A stretch of DNA of 64,000 nucleotides from Candidatus Staskawiczbacteria bacterium (GTDB lineage Bacteria > Patescibacteriota > Minisyncoccia > Minisyncoccales > Staskawiczbacteraceae): the NCBI GenBank assembly GCA_016196125.1, contig JACPYG010000004.1:138-64137 (forward strand). The letters are read 5' to 3'. Shown here one piece after another: positions 44,975-54,499 of this stretch (positions are counted from its first letter, which is position 1; every line of letters starts with the position of its first letter). The position numbers and the translations under genes were made by a program. The notes beneath the pieces are model-generated. The model had not been told where the DNA came from and did not search any database. It saw only the letters and a program-made list of their open reading frames with translations.

Positions 44975-45238
44975 CTACTTATAAATATCATGAGGACCTA
45001 TATCTAAAAAAATTACATTATTGTCATTAAAAACAAAAATAATCCTATACTGACCCTTTACGGTAAAACTCCAATGCTTTTTTAATTTTCCAAAAAGTTT
45101 GTGCGTTTTAAGAGAAGGGGTAAACGGATTGTTTTTAAATAAGATAATTTTTATTTTTGCTACTTTTTGAATTTCTTTTGATAAATCAAAAAATGATTTT
45201 CTAAATTGAGGATGATAATAAATACGAGAAATTTCCAT
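44975..45238 (-). CDS. RelE/ParE-superfamily type II toxin
   Basis: KTHKLFGKLKKHWSFTVKGQYRIIFVFNDNNVIFLDIGPHDIYK. Confidence 0.75.
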   Translation of the reverse strand: MEISRIYYHPQFRKSFFDLSKEIQKVAKIKIILFKNNPFTPSLKTHKLFGKLKKHWSFTVKGQYRIIFVFNDNNVIFLDIGPHDIYK

Positions 45239-45251
45239 TAACTGAATTTAA

Positions 45252-45434
45252 CTAAAAATTAAATTCCGGTAACTTTCCGATTCGCTTCATAACTTTTGCT
45301 TCGCGCGTCCAACGCAACACATCTTCTGCTGTAATTTTTTGTTTTCTTAATAATGCCTCGTATTCTTTTTTAGGAATAATAACAAGTTCTCCTTTTTTTG
45401 CCAATTTTTGAGGGATAGTAATAATTTTGTCCAT
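45252..45434 (-). CDS. putative cognate antitoxin (60 aa)
   Basis: Position 13 nt upstream of the toxin, small size. Confidence 0.5.
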   Translation of the reverse strand: MDKIITIPQKLAKKGELVIIPKKEYEALLRKQKITAEDVLRWTREAKVMKRIGKLPEFNF

Positions 45435-45513
45435 AATATTTTCAATTGAATAGTGATTATACCTTTAACCTACTATGTTTTAAAATATAAGTCAAACTCA
45501 ATTTTTAATCACC

Positions 45514-45735
45514 AATCGGCAGCTCAATATAAAAGGTAGAACCCGTCGTCGCTCCGTTCCTCTTTCAAAACCCTCGGTTTGAATAATTTCCTACACGGAA
45601 GGAAATGCTTTCTTTCCGACCCATCCTTTGGGTTCTCTGTTTTTTAAGTTTAGCCTAATGGTAATTCAATGTAAAATATCGAACCCTTACCCTCGCCTTC
45701 CGATTCTACCCAAACTTTGCCGTTATGATATTTTA
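45514..45735. repeat. 222-bp direct repeat, copy A (includes a duplicated HK C-terminus IIKYHNGKVWVESEGEGKGSIFYIELPLG-stop)
   Basis: Near-identical to 47967-48188, with a handful of substitutions by eye. Confidence 0.9.
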
Positions 45736-45789
45736 TGATTTTTATAGTGTTGCTATTTTTTATCTCGGTTTTTAACATATTGAAAATCT

Positions 45790-45826
45790 AAAAAAAATAA
45801 AAAAAGACGCTATATAAGTATAGCGT
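45790..45826 (-). terminator. rho-independent terminator after 45912..46586
   Basis: In minus sense ACGCUAUA-CUUA-UAUAGCGU is followed by a long U run. Confidence 0.6.
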
Positions 45827-45911
45827 ATGAGGTTATTATTAAAAAAGAATATCCTTAATCAAACCTTTGCTCAAATTTATCCAAAATTTGGATTAACATT
45901 TTTATTGTTGC

Positions 45912-46586
45912 TTATCCTATGTCCAGATTAGATGTGTCTATTATTACTACTGGTGTGCCTTGATTTTTAAAATAATTATAGCCAGTCATAAACGCAGAAT
46001 ACAATTCTGCGATAGTTTTGGAGTCAGTTCGAACGCCTGCCTTTTTTGTTAGAAAAGCATCTTTTCTATTACGGTCGGCAGCTACTTTAGGGTCACACAT
46101 TACAAAGAAACAAATATCAATATTTTTTAGCCACCCTTCATGCGTGAAGAAAGACTTGAAACACTTAGACTCCTCTTTCTTTAATCTTCTTTTTTGATGA
46201 AGCCACTCTATAAAGCACCATGCGTCATAGAGACCTCTATCAAAAAAAAGTAAATCATAATCTATACTGTAAGAGTGTTGAAGTAAGATTTGAAGTGCAT
46301 AGTTGCTTGCTGCAACGCTGTGTTGAAACGCGGTACGCGGTATATTACGAACTGACTTGGTTCCTTCTTGAGGAATTAAAATTTTGCATTCTTGTTCATC
46401 GTTCCTTTGGCGGCGTAAGAATACATCAATTCTTTTTAGAATAGTGCTTTTTCCGGAATCCGGCAATCCTGTTACCTCTACTATGAACGGCCTTGATAAT
46501 TTTTCTCTTCTGAATTCAGAAGAACGTAAGTGTCTCAGCATTGTCATGGTTCGTTTTTCAATGTTCGTTTCATGCGGGATTTTCAT
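45912..46586 (-). CDS. P-loop kinase-like protein (deoxynucleoside/nucleotide-kinase-like)
   Basis: Walker A VTGLPDSGKST. FFDRGLYDAWCF resembles the dNK ERS/DRx motif. The ATG at 46586 forms an ATGA overlap with the upstream stop. Confidence 0.5.
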   Translation of the reverse strand: MKIPHETNIEKRTMTMLRHLRSSEFRREKLSRPFIVEVTGLPDSGKSTILKRIDVFLRRQRNDEQECKILIPQEGTKSVRNIPRTAFQHSVAASNYALQILLQHSYSIDYDLLFFDRGLYDAWCFIEWLHQKRRLKKEESKCFKSFFTHEGWLKNIDICFFVMCDPKVAADRNRKDAFLTKKAGVRTDSKTIAELYSAFMTGYNYFKNQGTPVVIIDTSNLDIG

Positions 46587-47326
46587 AACAACTCCTCGGG
46601 TTTCGTTACGGAACGAGGACGAAGATGGTCGCATTGATCACGAGAACCACACCAACAAACATAAATCATTAGAGCACCGGAGCGGAAGCATACACGAGGT
46701 ACATTACCACACTTATGGCGTGAACCTGCGCACAGAGTTACACTCTCAACATCTAAGTGTTGACCTGTAGATGTAAAATAGCCCAACTCCAAAAGCAGTC
46801 GTTCTAATAAAGTAATTCCCTTGGCACCTCTCTTTTTTATGTCGTCGGCAGACAAATTCCTGTTTTCTTCATCTGATTCAATAGTTCGCCTGAAATTGAT
46901 ACTATACGAACTGTCTTTATTAGGATCGCGGTCGTTTTTACTAACTTCGGTATCTGGGTTGTTAATATACTTTTTAATATTAACACCCAATTTCTTCAAA
47001 CACGAAATCACCTTTTTACATGTTAGTCCCATAAGGACTGGAATGGTCCACATCTTAGTGTTTATAGTAAGTTCCAAATTGGCAATTGTAGATTCATAAT
47101 CCGTCTGCATACCGAGAAGTTCGTATACTATCCTCCAATTAATTTCCGCAATTTCCTGATTATCGCCTTTGTTCAAAAGTATCTTCCTTATCGCTTGCTC
47201 TAAGTCTCTTTTATTGTCAATCAATTTTCGAGCAAGTTCCGAGGGAAGATCTGATGGAATCGCCTCCGTTAGCGTAGAAACCAGTTTCTTCATCTGTCTG
47301 GCAGTTATTCGCTTGGGGATATTCAT
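46583..47326 (-). CDS. hypothetical protein (247 aa), translationally coupled to the P-loop gene
   Basis: ORF track. No motif recognised. GC clearly above background. Confidence 0.5.
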   Translation of the reverse strand: MNIPKRITARQMKKLVSTLTEAIPSDLPSELARKLIDNKRDLEQAIRKILLNKGDNQEIAEINWRIVYELLGMQTDYESTIANLELTINTKMWTIPVLMGLTCKKVISCLKKLGVNIKKYINNPDTEVSKNDRDPNKDSSYSINFRRTIESDEENRNLSADDIKKRGAKGITLLERLLLELGYFTSTGQHLDVESVTLCAGSRHKCGNVPRVCFRSGALMIYVCWCGSRDQCDHLRPRSVTKPEELL

Positions 47327-47485
47327 AGCTGTCTCCTCAATTTTTAAAAGAACAATTCTCTAATAAAGATGCACACCTTATTCTATTTCCACCCTATCAT
47401 TATTAAACATTTTGTCAATCACTCTTAGCATTTGTATCGCTTGTTTCAGAATGACATAGATGATAAAATTAAAAAATCAAATTTT

Positions 47486-47956
47486 ATGAAATCAAATATA
47501 GTTAAAAAAACAATTCAAAGATTACTTAAACAAGCTAAGAAAGATAGAGTTCGAAAAATTGTAGTAAGGGCAGTTATCAAACGCAATAATAAATTTTTGC
47601 TCTTAGAGAGGGCTTTATCTGATTTTTTAGGCGGACTTGTGATACTACCTGGCGGCACCGTAGATACAGATGAAGATTTATTGCAAGCTTTGGTTAGAGA
47701 AGTGAAAGAAGAAACTAATCTTGTAATTACTGAAATTATTTCTTATATTGGTTCATTTGATTACGCTTCTAGTTCGGGAAAAAAGACAAGACAATTCAAT
47801 TTCTTTATTGAAACTGAACCAGGTAATATTAGAATAAACCAATCTGAACACAGTAATTATTATTTATTAAATCCATCGGACGAAGAGTTTTCTAAATTAA
47901 ATATTTCTGATAGCACAAAAACAATTTTATCAACTGTTCAAAAAAAGTATTCGTAA
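47486..47956 (+). CDS. NUDIX hydrolase
   Basis: Nudix box GGTVDTDEDLLQALVREVKEETNL. ATG at 47486. Confidence 0.8.
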   Translation: MKSNIVKKTIQRLLKQAKKDRVRKIVVRAVIKRNNKFLLLERALSDFLGGLVILPGGTVDTDEDLLQALVREVKEETNLVITEIISYIGSFDYASSSGKKTRQFNFFIETEPGNIRINQSEHSNYYLLNPSDEEFSKLNISDSTKTILSTVQKKYS

Positions 47957-47966
47957 ACTAACCAAT

Positions 47967-48188
47967 AATCGGCAGCTCAATATAAAAGGTAGAACCCGTC
48001 GTCGCTCCGTTCCTCTTTCAAAACCCTCGGTTTGAATAATTTCCTACACGGAAGGAAATGCTTTCCTTCCGACCCATCCTTTGGGTTCTCTGTTTTTTAA
48101 GTTTAGCCTAATGGTAATTCAATGTAAAATATCGAACCCTTACCTTCGCCTTCCGACTCCGCCCAAACTTTGCCATTATGGTACTTAA
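47967..48188. repeat. 222-bp direct repeat, copy B (covers the true 3' end of the HK gene)
   Basis: See copy A. Confidence 0.9.
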
Positions 48189-49800
48189 TAATTTGAGTGG
48201 ATAAATAAAGTCCGATGCCGCTGCCTGTGGCGGTCTGCTGGGCTTGTTCTGTTCTTTCAAATTGAGTTTCAAACATTGTTTTAATTTTTTCTTTTGGAAT
48301 GCCGATTCCAGTGTCTTGAACCTTAACCAGCACCTTGCCGTTTTCGCTACTTTTAACACTTACTGAAACTCTCCCCTTTGTGGTGAATTTTATGGAATTA
48401 TCAATAATATTAAACAAAGCTCCTTTTAGCCTTTCCCTATCGGCATTTATTTCAATAATTTGCTCTGATTTTTCCAGTTTTAAGTAAATATTTTTTGATG
48501 ATGCCTTAAATTCAAGCTCGCTGACTATTTCTTCCAAAATAGAATTAATCTTAACGCCCGGTTTTAACGATACCGGATTTTTGCCTAATTGAATCGCGCT
48601 GGTATCCAAAAAATCATTTATCTTCCTGACCATGTTTTTGGACACATCGCTTATTTTTTTAATAACTTCCACGGTTTTTTTGCTCTGCTTGCCAAAAGTT
48701 CCGTTTAACAACAAATCCAAATACCCCATAATTGATGTCAAAGGAGTCCGTAAATCATGCTGTGTTTGAGCTAAAAACTGGTCTTTAACTTTGTCTAATT
48801 TTTCCAATTCTTCTTTCGCTCTTCTTTCAATTATATAAGCCCTATTAATGTCCTCTTTAGCCTTTTTTTCAATAGCATAGGCCTGCCTTATATCTTCTGC
48901 CATTTTTGCTATTTCTTCTCTTTGTTTGACTTCTTTTATAACGCCGCGTATCAATAAAATCCCGAAAACGAGGATAAAAAATAAAACACTGCTACGGTAA
49001 ATAATTAATACAATATCGTTGGTCTGTGTTACTTCAATAAAACTCACTATTGAAAGAGAAAAAACCAACAAAGAAGAACCAATGACTCGGATATTGAATA
49101 GCTTATGCCTGACAATTGCGTATGAAGCAAGTATAACAAATGGCATTAAGAATATTGCTCCAAATGATATAAAGTTTGAATTATTAAAAAATCCAACTTG
49201 GATAGGAATAAAGACTATTATTAAAGCAAAGGTTATTATTGAACCTGTTAACAATAAATAGAATTTATTTTTTTCTTCTTTCTGTGCCTTTCTTATTTTT
49301 ATAAAAAATAGCGAGAAACTTATAATTAAAATTACAACTATTGTTAATAAAAAAATAAAAAATGCTGGCTCTGTTTCTAGTGTATTTATTACACCATCCG
49401 AAGTTATAGAGGAAACTCCGGAAAAAACAAACGGAGTTAAAGTTAGCAAAGATACAATAATAACTATTGGAATTAATAGAGTTTTATACCACCATCCAGA
49501 TGTTACTAACTTTTCCAATGGAAATACATAAAATAAACGAAAAATTGAAAATACATACCAAACAGCTAAAAATAATTCTATTTTAATAAATAAGAAAGCC
49601 AGTTCTATATTGTTCGTAATCCGATAACTCATTAAATTAAAAAATCCCCATGTAGTTCCCACTATAACAAAATAAAAAAAGGTTCTATTAGTTATACTTT
49701 TATAGTTGTTAAATAGAACACTAAACCCCATTACAACCATGGCAGCAATTGCAATACCTACCGAAAGAAAATCTATGTTGCCTGATAAATTTAAACTCAT
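48103..49800 (-). CDS. sensor histidine kinase with multi-TM N-terminal domain
   Basis: H-box FLAQTQHDLRTPLTSIMGY, N/G boxes NIIDNSIKFT, QDTGIGIP, GSGIGL. Confidence 0.9.
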   Translation of the reverse strand: MSLNLSGNIDFLSVGIAIAAMVVMGFSVLFNNYKSITNRTFFYFVIVGTTWGFFNLMSYRITNNIELAFLFIKIELFLAVWYVFSIFRLFYVFPLEKLVTSGWWYKTLLIPIVIIVSLLTLTPFVFSGVSSITSDGVINTLETEPAFFIFLLTIVVILIISFSLFFIKIRKAQKEEKNKFYLLLTGSIITFALIIVFIPIQVGFFNNSNFISFGAIFLMPFVILASYAIVRHKLFNIRVIGSSLLVFSLSIVSFIEVTQTNDIVLIIYRSSVLFFILVFGILLIRGVIKEVKQREEIAKMAEDIRQAYAIEKKAKEDINRAYIIERRAKEELEKLDKVKDQFLAQTQHDLRTPLTSIMGYLDLLLNGTFGKQSKKTVEVIKKISDVSKNMVRKINDFLDTSAIQLGKNPVSLKPGVKINSILEEIVSELEFKASSKNIYLKLEKSEQIIEINADRERLKGALFNIIDNSIKFTTKGRVSVSVKSSENGKVLVKVQDTGIGIPKEKIKTMFETQFERTEQAQQTATGSGIGLYLSTQIIKYHNGKVWAESEGEGKGSIFYIELPLG

Positions 49801-49829
49801 AAATTATCTTTAAAACTATTTTTTATTAT

Positions 49830-50921
49830 TTACTTTTCTGTGCGAATAAAATCATCAAATACAACACGTGTTCGGCCGCTTAACACTACATCTCCTAAAG
49901 CAATTTTCCGAGCTATAAAAGAAGCTATACCAGATGCTATGGTTACTGTACTCATTAACTGTGGCCTACCCACTAAAGTTTTACCAATTTGTTTCATTGA
50001 ATCCATTACTCTTGGGGGAATATTTTCAATTCCAACAATCTGTACAACATATTTATTTACCTCTTCTTTAGGAATTTTACCTTTTAATAAATCTTCTATT
50101 ACTTTTTCTTCTACTATTCCACTAAAAATTTTAGTTTCAGAATCTTGATCGTATCGTTCTAAATCTATTAAAATAGTGTCTCCGATACTCGTAAGCATTA
50201 CTACAGGGATTCTGTATTTTTTTGCTTCCTTTCTAATTAAAATTTTCAACTCTAAGTCATCAATAATCTCAAAGATTAAATTTGTCTTAGGATTTTTTAT
50301 AAAGAAGTCCTCAACATTTTCTTTATTAAGACCCTTCTCAAAATTAACTATTCTAATGTAAGGGTCTACTTCGTAAAGTTGTCGACTGATAATATTAAAT
50401 TTTAATTCTCCCACATCAGATAATTTGCCCTTGACACGGTTTAAATTAGAAGTTTCTAATCTGTCGAAATCTGCAAGTTTTATATTTTTAGAAAAACCAT
50501 TATAAGCTAAGGTAGTAGCAATATTCCCTCCAACCGAAAGACCAGCTATGGCAATGGTAAAATTTGCAAGTTTTTCCTGTTCCTGCACAGTAATAATGTT
50601 TTTATTTCTATTTGTCCTTAAAAGATCATTCTCAACTTCTCCAAGGGCATGTAAAAGAATATTGCTCCAACTATAATATATCCAATCACCAGATAATTCT
50701 TGATCTTTTTGAGTTTTCTCTTTTTCAAATTTTAAGAATTCCTTACTAAATTCTCCTTTTGCCACAAGTTGTGGGTTTTTTATTTCGAAAAATTCTTTCA
50801 ACTGTTGTAAATAAATATCAACTATCTTAGGTTGATATTTATCTTTAAGATTAATAATTTCTTTTTCAGTATATTCACCTTCTTTTAAAATGATCGGCTG
50901 ATTTAAGTTATTTTTTTCCAT
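49830..50921 (-). CDS. ThiF/MoeB/HesA-family E1-like adenylyltransferase
   Basis: IAIAGLSVGGNIATTLA...LADFDRLETSNLNRV. Confidence 0.7.
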   Translation of the reverse strand: MEKNNLNQPIILKEGEYTEKEIINLKDKYQPKIVDIYLQQLKEFFEIKNPQLVAKGEFSKEFLKFEKEKTQKDQELSGDWIYYSWSNILLHALGEVENDLLRTNRNKNIITVQEQEKLANFTIAIAGLSVGGNIATTLAYNGFSKNIKLADFDRLETSNLNRVKGKLSDVGELKFNIISRQLYEVDPYIRIVNFEKGLNKENVEDFFIKNPKTNLIFEIIDDLELKILIRKEAKKYRIPVVMLTSIGDTILIDLERYDQDSETKIFSGIVEEKVIEDLLKGKIPKEEVNKYVVQIVGIENIPPRVMDSMKQIGKTLVGRPQLMSTVTIASGIASFIARKIALGDVVLSGRTRVVFDDFIRTEK

Positions 50922-50932
50922 TTTAATTAGGT

Positions 50933-51964
50933 CTAAATTATTTTTTCCTCTAATTCATGTCTTGGAGTTGGCTTATGCAGTGAATCAACTTTTCCAACAA
51001 CAAATAAAAATTGAGGTTTTTTATTGTTACCAATAATTTTTTGAACCTCTTTATCACGACCCATTTCTATAGCTGCTACAAAAATAGAAGTTTGCCAACC
51101 ATAACCGTTAAATTCTAAAAAAAGCCTTTCTGCTAATTGACCAACTTTAAGCCAAACACTTGGATTTTCATTTTCAGCTGTAATAACTACTACTAAAGGA
51201 GCTGAGCTTATACTTGAATAATTTTTTTTAGACAAGAAATTACCTATGTTATACCATCTCACCAAAATTGGCAAAATAAAAGATAGAACGGGAGGCATCT
51301 TTAACGCATAACCTGGTATGCCTTCTTTGGTTTTAGTAAAGCTATTGCGCATCCAATAAGACATTTCTTTTCGAAAAGATGTTTTATGATAAGCGATTTT
51401 TAATCCATCCGCTGTTAAGTGAGATAAATCTAGTATTTTATTTTTTTCCGTAATCCAGTTAATATGTATTTCATCTACTAAATAATCTTTTACTATGAAA
51501 GATATATTATTCAACACATCTTCGGGCACAGATTCTGGATAAAAAATACCGCGGGCATTGATCCTTTTGGGAATAGTATTAATCATTTTTTCGTAAGCAC
51601 TATTCTTCTCGCCGGTATATTTTTTAAAATGTACTACGGCTAATTGCTCCTTATTGCTAAATGGTCCATAACCAATAGAATTAAAAATATTAAAATATTT
51701 AGCGGCTAAAATTAAGTTTTCTATGCAACAACCCATACTTATATGTAAATCCCTGGTTTTAGAATCAGCTTCTGGCAATACTAATTTCGGATTATAGTAT
51801 ACTTCACATTCTGGTTCTTTTATTTTAAATAACCAAGGTTGGGTATTATGAGTAGATGGCGCCAAAATTGCGTACCGCAAAATAAATTTTATTTGAGAAT
51901 TAAAATTCTCTTTCTCGGGAAAATCATCTATATTAACCTCCCATGGCTGATAGTTTGATTTCAT
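50933..51964 (-). CDS. nitroreductase-fold protein (Acg/Rv2032-like)
   Basis: ILAPSTHNTQPWLFKI. About 343 aa from ATG 51964. Confidence 0.6.
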   Translation of the reverse strand: MKSNYQPWEVNIDDFPEKENFNSQIKFILRYAILAPSTHNTQPWLFKIKEPECEVYYNPKLVLPEADSKTRDLHISMGCCIENLILAAKYFNIFNSIGYGPFSNKEQLAVVHFKKYTGEKNSAYEKMINTIPKRINARGIFYPESVPEDVLNNISFIVKDYLVDEIHINWITEKNKILDLSHLTADGLKIAYHKTSFRKEMSYWMRNSFTKTKEGIPGYALKMPPVLSFILPILVRWYNIGNFLSKKNYSSISSAPLVVVITAENENPSVWLKVGQLAERLFLEFNGYGWQTSIFVAAIEMGRDKEVQKIIGNNKKPQFLFVVGKVDSLHKPTPRHELEEKII

Positions 51965-52019
51965 GGTTATTAAACAAATTATACCACAAAAATATAAAAA
52001 AACAGGCACTTAGTGTCTG

Positions 52020-52547
52020 TTAAAGACTGGAAAGAATTTCCCTTAGAGATTCTTTCTTTGTTTTTCCAGAGGTATCAATCACGATTGCATTGGCTGGAAT
52101 CATTAACCTTGATTCATCAAGTATTTCCCTTTGCGACATAATTTCTTTGTCGCCATCATCTTTGGAACGCCTGTCAAAACGTTCCTTTTTGTTAGCCGTG
52201 ATATAGAATTTAAAGTCTGCATCGGGATAGATTTCAGTTCCACAAGTTCGGCCGTCACAAATAAAGTCCGTGTGCCTTATTAATGAAATCTCTAAATCTT
52301 TTAAACGATGCGCCATTCTTGTTGCGAGCAAACCAACTTCTTCTGTTTTAATAGCTTCCGTCAAATCACAACCTTTAAAAAAGATTTTCCCATTTTTAAC
52401 TTCAATGAAGTGAATTTGGAAATTTGAGTAAGCAATTGCCCGAAACATCAGACCGAAGTCATAGTGAGGCAAGTTAAGATGACTTGCCAACATCCTTGCC
52501 AGTGTTCCTTTACCGGAAGCTGCTGGACCAGATAATGCAATAATCAT
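52020..52547 (-). CDS. (d)CMP-kinase-like P-loop kinase
   Basis: MIIALSGPAASGKGTLARMLA. 175 aa. Confidence 0.55.
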   Translation of the reverse strand: MIIALSGPAASGKGTLARMLASHLNLPHYDFGLMFRAIAYSNFQIHFIEVKNGKIFFKGCDLTEAIKTEEVGLLATRMAHRLKDLEISLIRHTDFICDGRTCGTEIYPDADFKFYITANKKERFDRRSKDDGDKEIMSQREILDESRLMIPANAIVIDTSGKTKKESLREILSSL

Positions 52548-52867
52548 TTTTTCTCCTTGTGTTTTGTGAAAGAGCCATAAATTAACCTAAAAGCCAAACG
52601 GCCTTCACGATGCAACATCGGAATACCAATATAGTTTCTACATTCGCATTTTAAAAGTTGCATTTGCTTTACACTTTCAGTAGTGTCTTGCAGTAAAGCA
52701 AGATTTTCAGGTGCGAGAATTCGATTAAGGTACAACCTTTTTAAACCACCCCTGCCATCCTTTTGATAGAGCAAAACTTCTTTTCCGCATTTTGCACATG
52801 ATATTTGAAGAATCTTAAACACTCTGCCCCTGTCTCTAAAGTATTTATCTTTTTTAATTTGTCGCAT
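52544..52867 (-). CDS. small Cys-containing (zinc-ribbon-like) hypothetical protein
   Basis: SCAKCGK...CECRN. The stop overlaps the kinase start (ATGA). Confidence 0.4.
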   Translation of the reverse strand: MRQIKKDKYFRDRGRVFKILQISCAKCGKEVLLYQKDGRGGLKRLYLNRILAPENLALLQDTTESVKQMQLLKCECRNYIGIPMLHREGRLAFRLIYGSFTKHKEKK

Positions 52868-52929
52868 AATTTTTCTCCTTTTTGAATCAAAAACTGTAAG
52901 CAAAAACAGTTCTTACTTAGTCTATTGTT

Positions 52930-53385
52930 TTATTTTCTAGATAAATCTTTACTATTACTGAATCGAGATTTAAATTTAATCTTCAACTTTTTAATATTCA
53001 TAAGAAGAAGAATTATCAATGAGATTAAAATAAAACCAATTGAAAACCACATATTTGGTAACTGTAAATCCTTAAAAATAAAAGACATAAAAAGAAGGTA
53101 AAAAATAGAGCCTATCACAAACCGCCGATTTAAAACTCTTTTATCCAATAAAGAAAGTATACTTAAAATCATCGTATAGAAAAACCCGTATATTAAACAG
53201 ACCGGCACCATTAATATTGGAGAGAAAATTACAGCGGAAGAAAAAAGATTAAAGCTTAGATTACTGTTTTCATTAATGATAATACCTTTAACCAAAGACA
53301 CACCTATTACTATAATATATGTAAAATAAAATACTATGAAGCTCGTTACAAAGGTTTTAATTATTGTTTTTGTTATTATTCCCAT
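52930..53385 (-). CDS. multi-pass membrane protein, putative immunity protein for the RHS-tip toxin
   Basis: Four hydrophobic helices. Starts 3 nt after the toxin stop. Confidence 0.45.
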   Translation of the reverse strand: MGIITKTIIKTFVTSFIVFYFTYIIVIGVSLVKGIIINENSNLSFNLFSSAVIFSPILMVPVCLIYGFFYTMILSILSLLDKRVLNRRFVIGSIFYLLFMSFIFKDLQLPNMWFSIGFILISLIILLLMNIKKLKIKFKSRFSNSKDLSRK

Positions 53386-53387
53386 AT

Positions 53388-54350
53388 CTAATTACCATTT
53401 GCTTTTTTGAGTACTTGGTTTAGTTGAGAAAACGTCGAAGAAACACTATTTAATGTTGATTGTATTTTGTTGTCTATATAGTTTCTCGTAGCTGTATAAA
53501 GTTGCTGTCCAAACCATGGAGTCCCTATATGTTTTCCTGAGCCAAGAGGAAAATAAGGGTATGGAAGATTGTGTAACGGACCTGGTAGAGGGCTTGGGCC
53601 GATATATATATTTTGTATCGCAGGCACAGCTCCTCCCGCATCAATAATAACTTGCGTCGCAGTATTTCCAGAATTAGGAAAAGGACTAATCGGTTGACCT
53701 GTAAATACATACATACCCAAGTCACTTTTAGCACGGTTAGACGCTGATTCAAGGAGCTCTTGGTCATATTGAGCAGGAGTCATGCCCTCTGGTGGAATAA
53801 GAGGATATGTAGCTAAATATTTTGATTTAGGAAAATTAAGGTCTCCCGACTCATTAATTTTAACTTGCAACTTACCACCCCACCAGTTACTGGGATAACC
53901 TCCTATACTAAAACGACTGCCTTCTCCATATTGGCTAAGGTCCGCTCCCGATTCTGTATTAATAATAATATTTGGATGTGCTCCAGGGATAGGTGTTAAT
54001 GGCCTGATATTTAGTTCTGCACTTTCTCCGCTCGGATCGCTCCCCACTATCGGATTATTCCTGGCATAGCTATAACTGTTCCATTGTTGGGGATCTGATA
54101 AATAATCTTCGCTAAAATCCCAGAACATCGGGTCTTGTGAAATGAATCTTCCTGTGTTTGGGTTGTAGTATCTGGCATTTAGATAATCTAATCCTGTGTC
54201 GTCATCGTGTTCCTGGCCTATGAATTTTCTTTGCTCGGAAAAGGCAAGAACGGAAAAAAGAGGAATTACAAGTAGTAAAAAAACCAATAATAAAAATACT
54301 GGCTTCTTAAAGCTTTTTTTATTAAAGAATATTTTTAATATCTCGAACAT
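53388..54350 (-). CDS. orphan RHS-core-tip polymorphic toxin (signal-anchor, RHS-associated core end, then an unknown C-terminal domain of about 215 aa)
   Basis: GLDYLNARYYNPNTGRFISQDP...WNSYSYARNNPIVGSDPSGE is the RHS repeat-associated core terminus. Start uncertain: candidate ATGs at 54350, 54458 and 54497, and the track ORF runs to 54644. Confidence 0.65.
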   Translation of the reverse strand: MFEILKIFFNKKSFKKPVFLLLVFLLLVIPLFSVLAFSEQRKFIGQEHDDDTGLDYLNARYYNPNTGRFISQDPMFWDFSEDYLSDPQQWNSYSYARNNPIVGSDPSGESAELNIRPLTPIPGAHPNIIINTESGADLSQYGEGSRFSIGGYPSNWWGGKLQVKINESGDLNFPKSKYLATYPLIPPEGMTPAQYDQELLESASNRAKSDLGMYVFTGQPISPFPNSGNTATQVIIDAGGAVPAIQNIYIGPSPLPGPLHNLPYPYFPLGSGKHIGTPWFGQQLYTATRNYIDNKIQSTLNSVSSTFSQLNQVLKKANGN

Positions 54351-54499
54351 GCTTGATATTATATTTAATATTGGAAACTTTTTTTTAAGACCGTCAGTCG
54401 GCAGATGAAACCTATCGCTTAATAACCAACCTATTTGTAATCTAATTTTAGTTTTCATAATTATTTTATTATAAAACGATTGGGGGAATTTTTCCATAA

